A stretch of DNA of 64,000 bases from sequence record MT446412.1, one strand, 5' to 3'. The notes beneath the pieces are model-generated. The model saw only the letters and a list, made by a program, of their open reading frames with translations, searched no databases and was not told the DNA's origin. Of the stretch, positions 43,110-51,612 are shown piece after piece. Each line of letters starts with the position of its first letter. The first letter of the stretch is position 1. A program made the translations under genes and the position numbers. The stretch comes from Escherichia virus TH41.

Positions 43110-43328
43110 ATGACTGCTAAAACTGTTAAAGAAATTGAAGACCAAATCCGTGCACTAATCTGTGAAGGTGAACAACTGGCCGATAAAACCGGCGAACACT
43201 TCCGTAGCGGTGGCGAAGAATATATTCCAGCTTCTAGTCCGGAATATAACGATTATGAATGGGTTCGTGACGAATATTGTATTCCAGAAGGTGAAGGTTT
43301 CTGGTTTAACTCCTCTATGTCTTGCTAA
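43110..43328 (+). CDS. Small protein, W-x-SS-x-x-C family member 4 (72 aa)
   Basis: C-terminus ...GFWFNSSMSC; AAGGAA SD. Confidence 0.5.
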   Translation: MTAKTVKEIEDQIRALICEGEQLADKTGEHFRSGGEEYIPASSPEYNDYEWVRDEYCIPEGEGFWFNSSMSC

Positions 43329-43337
43329 GGTGATAAA

Positions 43338-43571
43338 ATGACTACTGCTGTTGAACATGCTGAATTAGAAAAAGCTGCCCTTGAACTGGCTGCACTGTAT
43401 AAGAAAGTAAAAGATATGGCTTTTGCTCAAGATTTCGGTGTTGAGCTTGATGATTATGACGGCGAAGTCCGTCTTGAAGACTGGTTGAACAGTTCTTGTT
43501 ATGGTGAAGAAGCTGGTCGTACCTTCGTTGCTCGTGCCGATGGTAAAATCTGGTACCCAAGTTCATGTTAA
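43338..43571 (+). CDS. Small protein, W-x-SS-x-x-C family member 5 (77 aa)
   Basis: C-terminus ...KIWYPSSC; AAGGTG SD. Confidence 0.5.
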   Translation: MTTAVEHAELEKAALELAALYKKVKDMAFAQDFGVELDDYDGEVRLEDWLNSSCYGEEAGRTFVARADGKIWYPSSC

Positions 43572-43792
43572 AATTGAAAAAACGATACATTCGTAAAATA
43601 AATGGTCTTCGCGATTATGCCAAAGGTTGGCCATTAAATCTTATTATGGCTGATAGACATCCACGTTACAATACCGAGTTGACTTATTACAAAAAGTATG
43701 ATTCGTATTGTCGGTCTAAAGCGGGTCGTTTAGATGGTTCCTATGAAGAATATTTCGGTAAAAAACCTACTCGCATTTCGTTAGGAAAATAA
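43565..43792 (+). CDS. Hypothetical basic protein (75 aa)
   Basis: ORF overlapping the upstream stop; Lys/Arg/Tyr-rich. Confidence 0.4.
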   Translation: MLKLKKRYIRKINGLRDYAKGWPLNLIMADRHPRYNTELTYYKKYDSYCRSKAGRLDGSYEEYFGKKPTRISLGK

Positions 43793-43823
43793 TTTAATCA
43801 CAAGGATGTGATAGGAGGACTTT

Positions 43824-44153
43824 GTGCATAAAGATTCAGTATTCAAATATCTTTTGAAAACAGATAAAGAATTCTATATGAATGGGCAAGCTTTCTTGTT
43901 CGTTCGCGGTAAACGTGAGATGTTTTACAAATGCGACCTCTCAATGCATCATCATATGTATCATACCCACGGTGAGTTTATACTGGGGTTCTCTGGTGAC
44001 GAAACCAGACATATAGCTATGTACTACGACCATTTTAAGCTCAATGATTGCGGTGACAACGCTCTGGTCTGGAATCCATCTTGGCGTCGTTGGGATAAGG
44101 TAGACAACGATAAATTATTTTTAGAATATTGTAGAAGCAGTATACAAGTCTAA
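43824..44153 (+). CDS. Hypothetical His-rich protein (109 aa), apparent GTG start
   Basis: ATAGGAGGA SD 4 nt before GTG; HHHMYHTH motif. Confidence 0.4.
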   Translation: MHKDSVFKYLLKTDKEFYMNGQAFLFVRGKREMFYKCDLSMHHHMYHTHGEFILGFSGDETRHIAMYYDHFKLNDCGDNALVWNPSWRRWDKVDNDKLFLEYCRSSIQV

Positions 44154-44217
44154 AAAACTGTGTTACTATACTCCTATCAACTGATGACAATCACGTTATC
44201 AGAACAGGAGAATAAAA

Positions 44218-44418
44218 ATGTCTATCGCAAACGAATTAATCAAAGTTCTGAACGAAGCCAAAGTCAACCAACTGGAGGTTAATCTCCAGGAAGTTTCTGA
44301 TGGCATTAAAGTAACCATCAGTGGTGATTACGCAGGCGTCACAGAACGTGTTTGTGATTCTCTGGAAGAAGTAGTTTCCTGCATTAAAAGAGATATTTAC
44401 GCATACGGTATTATTTGA
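44218..44418 (+). CDS. Hypothetical protein (66 aa)
   Basis: AGGAG SD; promoter-like cassette upstream. Confidence 0.5.
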   Translation: MSIANELIKVLNEAKVNQLEVNLQEVSDGIKVTISGDYAGVTERVCDSLEEVVSCIKRDIYAYGII

Positions 44419-44428
44419 GGAAAATATT

Positions 44429-44596
44429 ATGTATAATGTTCTTATTGTTTTTGTCACTCACCCGCAAGGTGGAGTAAGACAGAATACTTCTCAAGTGGTT
44501 CAATTTTCTTCACTAGAGGCCGCCAATCTTGCTGCCTCACGAATTGAAGCGAAAAAATCTGAACTAGGTAAATATGAAGTAACTCGTCTTTATTAA
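44429..44596 (+). CDS. Hypothetical small protein (55 aa, below ORF-track cutoff)
   Basis: ATG after GAGGAAAA SD; fills an otherwise empty gap between genes. Confidence 0.35.
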   Translation: MYNVLIVFVTHPQGGVRQNTSQVVQFSSLEAANLAASRIEAKKSELGKYEVTRLY

Positions 44597-44611
44597 TCTG
44601 AGGAAAATATT

Positions 44612-45571
44612 ATGATGTTAGTTATTGGTTCTCGTGCATTGCATAACGCTGGTCTGATTGAAAGTCAGAAAATTGAAAATTCTGATTGGGACTTTATCGC
44701 TGACCAAGGTTCTTGGAACCACTTTAAAGCACGTATGTTCGGTGCTCATGTTCCTGTGGATAACCCTAACGTCCAAGCTTTTAAATGTATGTACAATGGC
44801 AAAGAAACCTATTTTGAAGCTTATATTGTCCGTGCCCTGACCAACGTACGAGAAATTACTGGTGAGCTTCAAGACGAAGATTTCACCTCAAGTTATCGTC
44901 TCCTGAAATATGCTGAAAATCATATTAAAAAAGATCGTCTTACAGGTTTTTACTGGGCAACTCCTGATATTTGTCTGGCAATTAAATTATCTCATCGTTA
45001 CCTGAAGAACAATCCATTCTTCCTGAAGACCATGAGTCATATTAATTACCTTCGCAATAAGGGTGTTGTTCTTAATGATGAACTGCAGAAAATCATGTTG
45101 CAGCGTCAGGCAGAAACACTGTCATACAGCCACCCTAAACTAGACGTGGGCAAGAAAACTTTCTTTAATGATACAATCTATACCCTTGACCATGACTCCA
45201 TCCACGAGGCTGTGGCGCTTGCTGATAAGCCTGCATATAAGTTCTATATGAAGGATGATTCAGAAGTCATGACCTCACGTGAAAAATTTGAAGCACTCCC
45301 TGATGTTATTAAACTGGCAGGGGTTTATGAAGAAGCATGTGTGCTTGCTCTGGAGCGTTCGCAGGTTCCAAATGAGTTCAATATCTCTCCATCCGTGAGC
45401 TTCCATATTGCGCTGGAAAAAGTCTGCACCTCCATTACTTCTGGATGGTTCCGTGAGTATGCCTGGGAACATTACCAGGAAGTGGTTAATATGTATAACA
45501 CTCTGGGGCGCGAAGACTATGTTAAACGCTTCAAGGCTAACCAACATTTAATTCGTCCTTTCACAAAATAA
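44612..45571 (+). CDS. Pol-beta-type nucleotidyltransferase-like protein (319 aa)
   Basis: N-terminal VIGSRALHNAG...ENSDWDFI resembles the GS-x(n)-SD-h-D-h nucleotidyltransferase motif. Confidence 0.45.
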   Translation: MMLVIGSRALHNAGLIESQKIENSDWDFIADQGSWNHFKARMFGAHVPVDNPNVQAFKCMYNGKETYFEAYIVRALTNVREITGELQDEDFTSSYRLLKYAENHIKKDRLTGFYWATPDICLAIKLSHRYLKNNPFFLKTMSHINYLRNKGVVLNDELQKIMLQRQAETLSYSHPKLDVGKKTFFNDTIYTLDHDSIHEAVALADKPAYKFYMKDDSEVMTSREKFEALPDVIKLAGVYEEACVLALERSQVPNEFNISPSVSFHIALEKVCTSITSGWFREYAWEHYQEVVNMYNTLGREDYVKRFKANQHLIRPFTK

Positions 45572-45573
45572 GT

Positions 45574-45610
45574 GTGTACATCCAAGTGGGACCATGACAC
45601 AATGGTCCCA
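45574..45610 (+). promoter_or_regulatory. Early promoter cassette with 10-bp perfect palindrome
   Basis: GTGTAC followed by gtgggaccat-gacaca-atggtcccac. Confidence 0.35.
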
Positions 45611-45630
45611 CAATCAATGAGGAAAATATT

Positions 45631-46317
45631 ATGAACAGTCCAAAAACTTTTAATTCTCAAGCTCGTGCAGTAGGCGGTTTCGCTGGTAAAATTTCTAATG
45701 ATAAAATCAAAAACGAAACTATGTTCTTCAACAGCTCATTGGCTTTCGCTTTTGACAATGGCGGTCCTATTACTCGCAGCTTTATCATGAACCTGCCGGA
45801 TGATTGGAACACTGACCAGGTTGTATTTGATTCTCGGGTTCATATGTTGATGCCTGGTTGGTATCCTGCTATCCCTGGGTATCACCATGATGATGTGCCA
45901 CGCCCGGATATTCCGGTTGGTCAACACTTTATTACTGCAGGGCAACCTGATTATGATAATCCTCGTTACCATTCTGAACATATTCTTGGTCTTGTTAACG
46001 CCGATGTGTGTCCTACTTATTTTGCAACCGGAACTGCGCAATTTAGTCAGATTCCTGAAGGCGAACTTATCTATCGCCAGTGGCATAAAGAAGTTCTGGA
46101 AAAAATTGAGTCCAATGAATTAACCAAGTGGGATGCTCCTGACCGCACGTTGCTCCAGTTTGATTGGCAGACATGGCATACAGGTTCTCGCGCAGTAAGT
46201 AATGGTTGGCGCTGGTTTGGTCGTGTGTCTCGTAATACCGACCGTGTTAAAAAGATTACAAATGAAATCCGCGTTAATGCTCAAGTATATCTGGAATTCC
46301 CTATGGAGGGCTGGTAA
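45631..46317 (+). CDS. Hypothetical protein (228 aa)
   Basis: GAGGAAAA SD; His/Asp-rich central region (GYHHDDVPRPD); no confident domain call. Confidence 0.5.
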   Translation: MNSPKTFNSQARAVGGFAGKISNDKIKNETMFFNSSLAFAFDNGGPITRSFIMNLPDDWNTDQVVFDSRVHMLMPGWYPAIPGYHHDDVPRPDIPVGQHFITAGQPDYDNPRYHSEHILGLVNADVCPTYFATGTAQFSQIPEGELIYRQWHKEVLEKIESNELTKWDAPDRTLLQFDWQTWHTGSRAVSNGWRWFGRVSRNTDRVKKITNEIRVNAQVYLEFPMEGW

Positions 46318-46904
46318 TGGCCCTTTATGAACCCGGTTGTATGGGTGTTGATGTAAACTTCATCCGCCGGGCAGAAAATGCAGGTATAATTGTATCAAGA
46401 GATGAATTTATGATTACCAAAAAATATTGGGCGAACCTTGATGATGGTGATGAAGGAATCAAGGTGGAAAATGTTGATTGGTCGCGATGCAATCGTCATG
46501 TGAAAGAGCTTTTAATTAAGGAATATAAAATGGGATACATCATTAACGGACATCAACCAGAACCACTCAAAGAACAGACACCCGACCCATTAATTTCTTA
46601 TAGCAAGAAATATGGATTTCGTACCTGGAGTGATGAATTTGATAAGTTAATTTGTTCCAGGTTTTATGCCTGGTCTGGAATCTTATTTTTACCATTCCTG
46701 TGGTTTTTCCTGACAGGTAAAAATGAAGCACCTGTAGCTGTAATGGGCGCGTGCTTTTCTACTGCTCTTGCTGGACTTATTGCATCATTTTTATGGACTA
46801 TGGTTATTGAAGTACCTTTTCGTATTTCTAAAGTTAAAAAGGTATATGACGATATCACTAAGAAAAATACATTGAACTCTTTTATTGAGGAATGCCGTAA
46901 ATGA
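46317..46904 (+). CDS. Membrane protein (195 aa) with C-terminal FIEECRK motif
   Basis: Hydrophobic segments in C-terminal half; C-terminus ...KKNTLNSFIEECRK. Confidence 0.5.
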   Translation: MALYEPGCMGVDVNFIRRAENAGIIVSRDEFMITKKYWANLDDGDEGIKVENVDWSRCNRHVKELLIKEYKMGYIINGHQPEPLKEQTPDPLISYSKKYGFRTWSDEFDKLICSRFYAWSGILFLPFLWFFLTGKNEAPVAVMGACFSTALAGLIASFLWTMVIEVPFRISKVKKVYDDITKKNTLNSFIEECRK

Positions 46905-47137
46905 GTATTGCAATTTATATTAAATCCGAGTCATGTGATTCTTATCTGTATTCCTATGACACTGGAACATCAGAAGAGAAAATAAAAGAAGATTTAGAAA
47001 CTGACTTGGATATGTTCCGACCAATTTCCGATTACATGATTCAAGTTTCTGATAGTGAAAGCCCTTCATTGGAAAATAGACTTGAATTTTTAATGAGCGA
47101 TATTTTTAACCAATCATGGAAACGAGACGATGAGTAG
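46901..47137 (+). CDS. Hypothetical acidic protein (78 aa)
   Basis: ATGA overlap with upstream gene. Confidence 0.45.
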   Translation: MSIAIYIKSESCDSYLYSYDTGTSEEKIKEDLETDLDMFRPISDYMIQVSDSESPSLENRLEFLMSDIFNQSWKRDDE

Positions 47138-47588
47138 GAAAAACAAGGTGAAAGAATTATCTGCTGGCATTATTTTCATGACTGAAGATAAAGAGTTATT
47201 CATGGGTCGTGTGACCGGTTCTCGTAAACCAGGTATGCCTGCACACAAATGGGACATCCCTAAGGGTCATGTTGAAGCTGGTGAATCCCCGATTGAAGCG
47301 GCTATTCGTGAAACCGAAGAAGAAACTGGGTTTACCCAATACGACCCGGCATTCTTAAAAGACCTCGGTGAGTTCCGTTATTCAGATAATAAAAACCTTC
47401 ACCTGTTTTTGTATACGGTTCCTGTCGAGCATGAACAATTCAGGCACAGTAAATGCTCTGCCTATCATACCTTCCCGGATGGCAGTTCGGTCCCAGAGTT
47501 CGATGCATTTGCTCTGATTAAACCGAGTCAATGGCAGTACGTGATGGGTAAATCGATGTACAAGGTAATGACTCAAATTTTCGGATAA
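47130..47588 (+). CDS. nudE: Nudix hydrolase NudE (e.1)
   Basis: Nudix box GHVEAGESPIEAAIRETEEETG; position immediately upstream of lysozyme e. Confidence 0.85.
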   Translation: MSRKNKVKELSAGIIFMTEDKELFMGRVTGSRKPGMPAHKWDIPKGHVEAGESPIEAAIRETEEETGFTQYDPAFLKDLGEFRYSDNKNLHLFLYTVPVEHEQFRHSKCSAYHTFPDGSSVPEFDAFALIKPSQWQYVMGKSMYKVMTQIFG

Positions 47589-47591
47589 TAA

Positions 47592-47613
47592 ATACCCCTA
47601 TATAAGGGGGTAT
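47592..47613 (+). promoter_or_regulatory. Hairpin sequestering the lysozyme e ribosome-binding site, with late-promoter-like box in 5' arm
   Basis: ATACCCC-tatataag-GGGGTAT hairpin ending 1 nt before the e ATG; aATAAATA (7/8 of TATAAATA) at 47587-47594 overlapping the 5' arm. Confidence 0.5.
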
Positions 47614-47614
47614 T

Positions 47615-48103
47615 ATGAATATATTCGAAATGTTACGCATAGATGAAGGTTGTAAGTTGGATTTGTATAAAGATACAGAAGGCTTTTGGACCATCGGTAT
47701 CGGGCAACTGATAACTAAGAACCCATCGAAAGATGTAGCTCGCGCTGAGCTCGACAAGCTTATGGGTCGTGTTTGTAATGGTCGCATAACCCAGCACGAA
47801 GCTGAAACATTGTTTAATCGTTCGGTCGAAAAAGCTAAAGCCGGAATCTTGAGACACCCTGTCTTAAAACCTGTTTATGATGTACTGGATGAAGTTCGTC
47901 GTTGTGCGCTCATTAATATGGTATTCCAGATGGGTGTTGCTGGTGTTGCTGGTTTTCCTAAGGGTATGCGATTGTTGAAGGCTAAATCATGGGAAGCCGC
48001 CGCTAAGGAACTGGCCGACTCGAGATGGTATAAAGTCCAGACTCCGAACCGGGCTAAACGAGTTATCGAAACTTTCCGCACCGGAACTTTTGACGCATAT
48101 TAG
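47615..48103 (+). CDS. e: Endolysin (T4 lysozyme e homologue)
   Basis: 162 aa; [12 protein letters not shown]...DTEG..TIGIG...[12 protein letters not shown]...[17 protein letters not shown] closely matches T4 lysozyme. Confidence 0.95.
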   Translation: MNIFEMLRIDEGCKLDLYKDTEGFWTIGIGQLITKNPSKDVARAELDKLMGRVCNGRITQHEAETLFNRSVEKAKAGILRHPVLKPVYDVLDEVRRCALINMVFQMGVAGVAGFPKGMRLLKAKSWEAAAKELADSRWYKVQTPNRAKRVIETFRTGTFDAY

Positions 48104-48131
48104 TGTACATCTCCAAATGGTAGGGTTATAA
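48103..48131 (+). promoter_or_regulatory. Early promoter cassette upstream of denV
   Basis: GTGTAC, spacer, TATAAT flanked by taggg...cccta inverted repeat; leader tatcaactacggag. Confidence 0.4.
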
Positions 48132-48158
48132 TGGCCCTATCAACTACGGAGAACAAAC

Positions 48159-48575
48159 ATGACTCGCATTAATTTAACTCTGGTATCTGAACTTGCTGAC
48201 CAACATCTTATGGCTGAATATCGTGAGCTTCCTCGCGTGTTTGGTGCAGTTCGCAAACATATACAAAATGGTAAAAAGGTTTCTGACTTTAAAATTCCAT
48301 CATCTTTTCTTTTAGGAACTGGTCATGTCACCTTCTTTTATGATAAACTTTTGTTCCTTAAAAACCGTCATCAAGAACTTATTGCGGAATGTTTAAAGCG
48401 AGGGTTTAACATAAAAGATATTTCTACCCAAGATTTAAATGATATTCCTGATGAATGGAAGAATGATTATCAACCATCAATCTGGTCAATTGAAATCAGT
48501 CAAGCCAGACTGAATGAGAAAATTTCTCAAAAGCCTACCTGGTACAAATACTATGGGAAAGCTGTGTACGCTTAA
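48159..48575 (+). CDS. denV: Endonuclease V (pyrimidine dimer DNA glycosylase)
   Basis: 138 aa; N-terminus [31 protein letters not shown] matches T4 endo V. Confidence 0.9.
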   Translation: MTRINLTLVSELADQHLMAEYRELPRVFGAVRKHIQNGKKVSDFKIPSSFLLGTGHVTFFYDKLLFLKNRHQELIAECLKRGFNIKDISTQDLNDIPDEWKNDYQPSIWSIEISQARLNEKISQKPTWYKYYGKAVYA

Positions 48576-48593
48576 CTAAAAAGGTTGTATAAT
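48564..48593 (+). promoter_or_regulatory. Early promoter (GTGTAC -35-like, TGTATAAT extended -10)
   Basis: 18-bp spacer; overlaps the denV 3' end. Confidence 0.4.
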
Positions 48594-48623
48594 GATTTTA
48601 TCAACCAAACAATGGAATATAAA

Positions 48624-48938
48624 ATGAAAACTTATCAAGAATTTATTACTGAATCTACCCAAAAACGTGTTGAAGGCGGTTATGTCTGGATTGAACAGTT
48701 AACCCCACCAAGTGAAACAAGCACAGGTTCATGGAAAATTACTGTTGATGGTCCTGGCGGCAAACGCAAGACTATTAAAGAAATTAAAGGCTATTATGAT
48801 GAAGCTAAATCATGGGCGGGTAGTCATGTAATGCAGATTAAAATTGCAAATCCGGATAACGTTCATGCAGCAAAAGCATTCCGTCGTATTGGTAATAAAC
48901 TTTATGATGCGTTTTTGCGCGATTTCCCTAAAGCTTAA
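48624..48938 (+). CDS. Internal-protein-like protein with CTS N-terminus
   Basis: Start placed at internal ATG giving MKTYQEFITES. Confidence 0.65.
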   Translation: MKTYQEFITESTQKRVEGGYVWIEQLTPPSETSTGSWKITVDGPGGKRKTIKEIKGYYDEAKSWAGSHVMQIKIANPDNVHAAKAFRRIGNKLYDAFLRDFPKA

Positions 48939-48951
48939 TTAAAGAGACATT

Positions 48952-49215
48952 ATGAAAACGTATCAAGAATTTATTACTGAATCTGCCAAAGCTCCTGCTG
49001 GTTCCTTTAAAGTCCGCGCCTTCGCTGGCGATGCTGAAGACTTTGGCACCATGAAGCGCAATGGTTATTCTTTCTTTGGTGGCGATGGTAAAGAAATTGT
49101 CACATATGCAAAACGTCGCGAAATCGCATTCGTGGTTGCTGGTAAGAAAGTTGATGCTGACGATATTGAATGGGACTTTGAGACCTTTGGTATTGTTTCT
49201 GGCGGTAAAGCATAA
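48952..49215 (+). CDS. Internal-protein-like protein with CTS N-terminus
   Basis: Starts MKTYQEFITES; paralogue of 34791-35090. Confidence 0.65.
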   Translation: MKTYQEFITESAKAPAGSFKVRAFAGDAEDFGTMKRNGYSFFGGDGKEIVTYAKRREIAFVVAGKKVDADDIEWDFETFGIVSGGKA

Positions 49216-49217
49216 CT

Positions 49218-49246
49218 GTTTACTTTATGATGGGATAGTGTATAAT
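49218..49246 (+). promoter_or_regulatory. Early promoter / stem-loop cassette
   Basis: GTTTAC, 17-bp spacer, TATAAT; gggatag...tatccca inverted repeat; conserved leader. Confidence 0.45.
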
Positions 49247-49274
49247 TATCCCATCAACTACTGAGGAGAATAAA

Positions 49275-49472
49275 ATGTTAACTTATAAAGAATTTATGAA
49301 AGAAGTTAAAAAACTTAAAAAGACTTCTGGCGATGTTAAAATTGAAATCCATGGTCAAAACGTAAATGTGGTAGCGGATGGCCAGGCATTAGTTCTTTAT
49401 AGTGATAAAGACCAAGAATTTCGTGAAGCACAAAAGAAAAAATTTACCGTATGGCTTAAAAAAGCTGTTTAA
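49275..49472 (+). CDS. Internal-protein-like protein with divergent CTS
   Basis: Starts MLTYKEFMKEV; 65 aa. Confidence 0.5.
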   Translation: MLTYKEFMKEVKKLKKTSGDVKIEIHGQNVNVVADGQALVLYSDKDQEFREAQKKKFTVWLKKAV

Positions 49473-49480
49473 GGACCAAT

Positions 49481-49780
49481 ATGAAAACGTATCAAGAATT
49501 TATCACAGAAGCCAAAGCTCCTAAAGCATTTCAAATCGGAGTCCAGGGCAATTTAGACCAACAATATGTTGATGCTATTGTCGCAAGCCTCGGTAAACAA
49601 GGTGTACAAGTGGATTTGGTTGATTTTACTAAAGGTAATACTTTTAATATTGTCGCATCTAAAGGTTCTTTAGCTAAAGTTAAAAAGGCCTTTGGCGTAG
49701 CACAAGCATATGAAATTGACCATTCTGAATTAGAAAATAAAGGTCGCCAGAACACAATTAAAGGCTCTGGTTCTTTTTAA
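49481..49780 (+). CDS. Internal-protein-like protein with CTS N-terminus
   Basis: Starts MKTYQEFITEA. Confidence 0.65.
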   Translation: MKTYQEFITEAKAPKAFQIGVQGNLDQQYVDAIVASLGKQGVQVDLVDFTKGNTFNIVASKGSLAKVKKAFGVAQAYEIDHSELENKGRQNTIKGSGSF

Positions 49781-49941
49781 TAAAGGCAAACCGACCCTCT
49801 CCTCATGAACTTCGTGTCCTCTGAGTGATGGACCTTTCCCTACCTGTAATAAGGTCGAGCCCGAGTGCGGTAAGGGGTTTACATTCGGATACATGGACGA
49901 ATTAATGTGCCAAGGAATGGCCCCACAACTAAGAGACAACT

Positions 49942-50469
49942 ATGAAATTTTTAACTCCCATTTATCTAACTTTAATGCACGCCTTCGCTGAACGCGCCAT
50001 TGAACGCTTAGATTCAGACCAATACACCTGGTATGAACCCGCTTCAAGAATGCAAGAGTTTGGTACCCTTAGACTTGACGGTGGAAGACAAACAGGTAAA
50101 ACAAGTGCCATTGCGCAGTTCGCGGCGGATTGGGTTTCTAAAGGTAATGATGTGATTGTTATGTCGAGTTCTTCGCATCGCTCACGAGAAATCTGTAATA
50201 TAATAAAGCGGGTGTCTAAGGCACAACCACATCTTAATGTTGAACGACCTGGATTCGTTGTCTATGATACTGTACGCAGTTTCCTTGATGAAGATAATTT
50301 TCATAAGTACCGTGGATTGCGTTTTACGCGTCTTTTAATCATTATTGAAGAACCTATTCGCCTCCCTGCAATGGATAAGTTCTATGAAGCTTATCAGGTA
50401 ATGATGAATAAATTTATGTGTCAAGGTGATAAGCCTTTGCCACTGTTCTTTGTGATAGGAATGCAATGA
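49942..50469 (+). CDS. Small P-loop NTPase-like protein (175 aa)
   Basis: Walker A GGRQTGKTS and Walker B-like LLIIIEEP. Confidence 0.5.
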   Translation: MKFLTPIYLTLMHAFAERAIERLDSDQYTWYEPASRMQEFGTLRLDGGRQTGKTSAIAQFAADWVSKGNDVIVMSSSSHRSREICNIIKRVSKAQPHLNVERPGFVVYDTVRSFLDEDNFHKYRGLRFTRLLIIIEEPIRLPAMDKFYEAYQVMMNKFMCQGDKPLPLFFVIGMQ

Positions 50470-50765
50470 TGACCCATGAAGAGCTTTTTGACCAAATCTA
50501 TTTTATTCCAAAAGTTAGGTCTGAAGATTTCGTAAAGAATTTTGAAATCTTTAATAAAGCAAATTTCTTTGAGTATGTGTTTTTGTCTGGACCTTTTATT
50601 GGGTCCAGATTTCGTTGCACTGCTCCGAGTATTCGCTTGATGAAGTTGGTTCCTTACTTTACTCTGGAATTTATTTCTGGACCGTGTAAGGGTATTATCA
50701 CTCGTAGCCTCCTGACCTATGACCAGGATGTGCGATTAATTAGTGACTGGAAAAAATATGTCTAA
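50466..50765 (+). CDS. Hypothetical protein (99 aa)
   Basis: ATGA overlap with upstream gene. Confidence 0.45.
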   Translation: MMTHEELFDQIYFIPKVRSEDFVKNFEIFNKANFFEYVFLSGPFIGSRFRCTAPSIRLMKLVPYFTLEFISGPCKGIITRSLLTYDQDVRLISDWKKYV

Positions 50766-50972
50766 ATTGACAATTGAAGGCTCTGATGAAGCTCTGAAAA
50801 GATTTGTTGAATGGTTTAATGGACCAGGTGAACAAGACTTTCTGGAAGTCTGGGATGGCGGTCGGTGGAATGGTAAAGAAATGATTTACCCGACTACCTA
50901 TATCTCCGTGCAAGGTTGGACTGAAGGCCTTCGTTTGGTAGAATATGATATCGCAACTGGCGAGGAAGTGAA

Positions 50973-50976
<4 letters not shown>
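50758..50976 (+). CDS. Hypothetical protein (72 aa)
   Basis: Start placed at internal ATG MSKLTIEG; track start is GTG. Confidence 0.4.
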
Positions 50977-51555
<579 letters not shown>

Positions 51556-51556
<1 letters not shown>

Positions 51557-51590
51557 TGTACAAGCAGATTGAAATGAGTTATGATTATCC
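51556..51590 (+). promoter_or_regulatory. Early promoter cassette upstream of regB
   Basis: GTGTAC then tgattatcccatcaaacaaaaggag leader. Confidence 0.35.
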
Positions 51591-51612
51591 CATCAAACAA
51601 AAGGAGATAATC

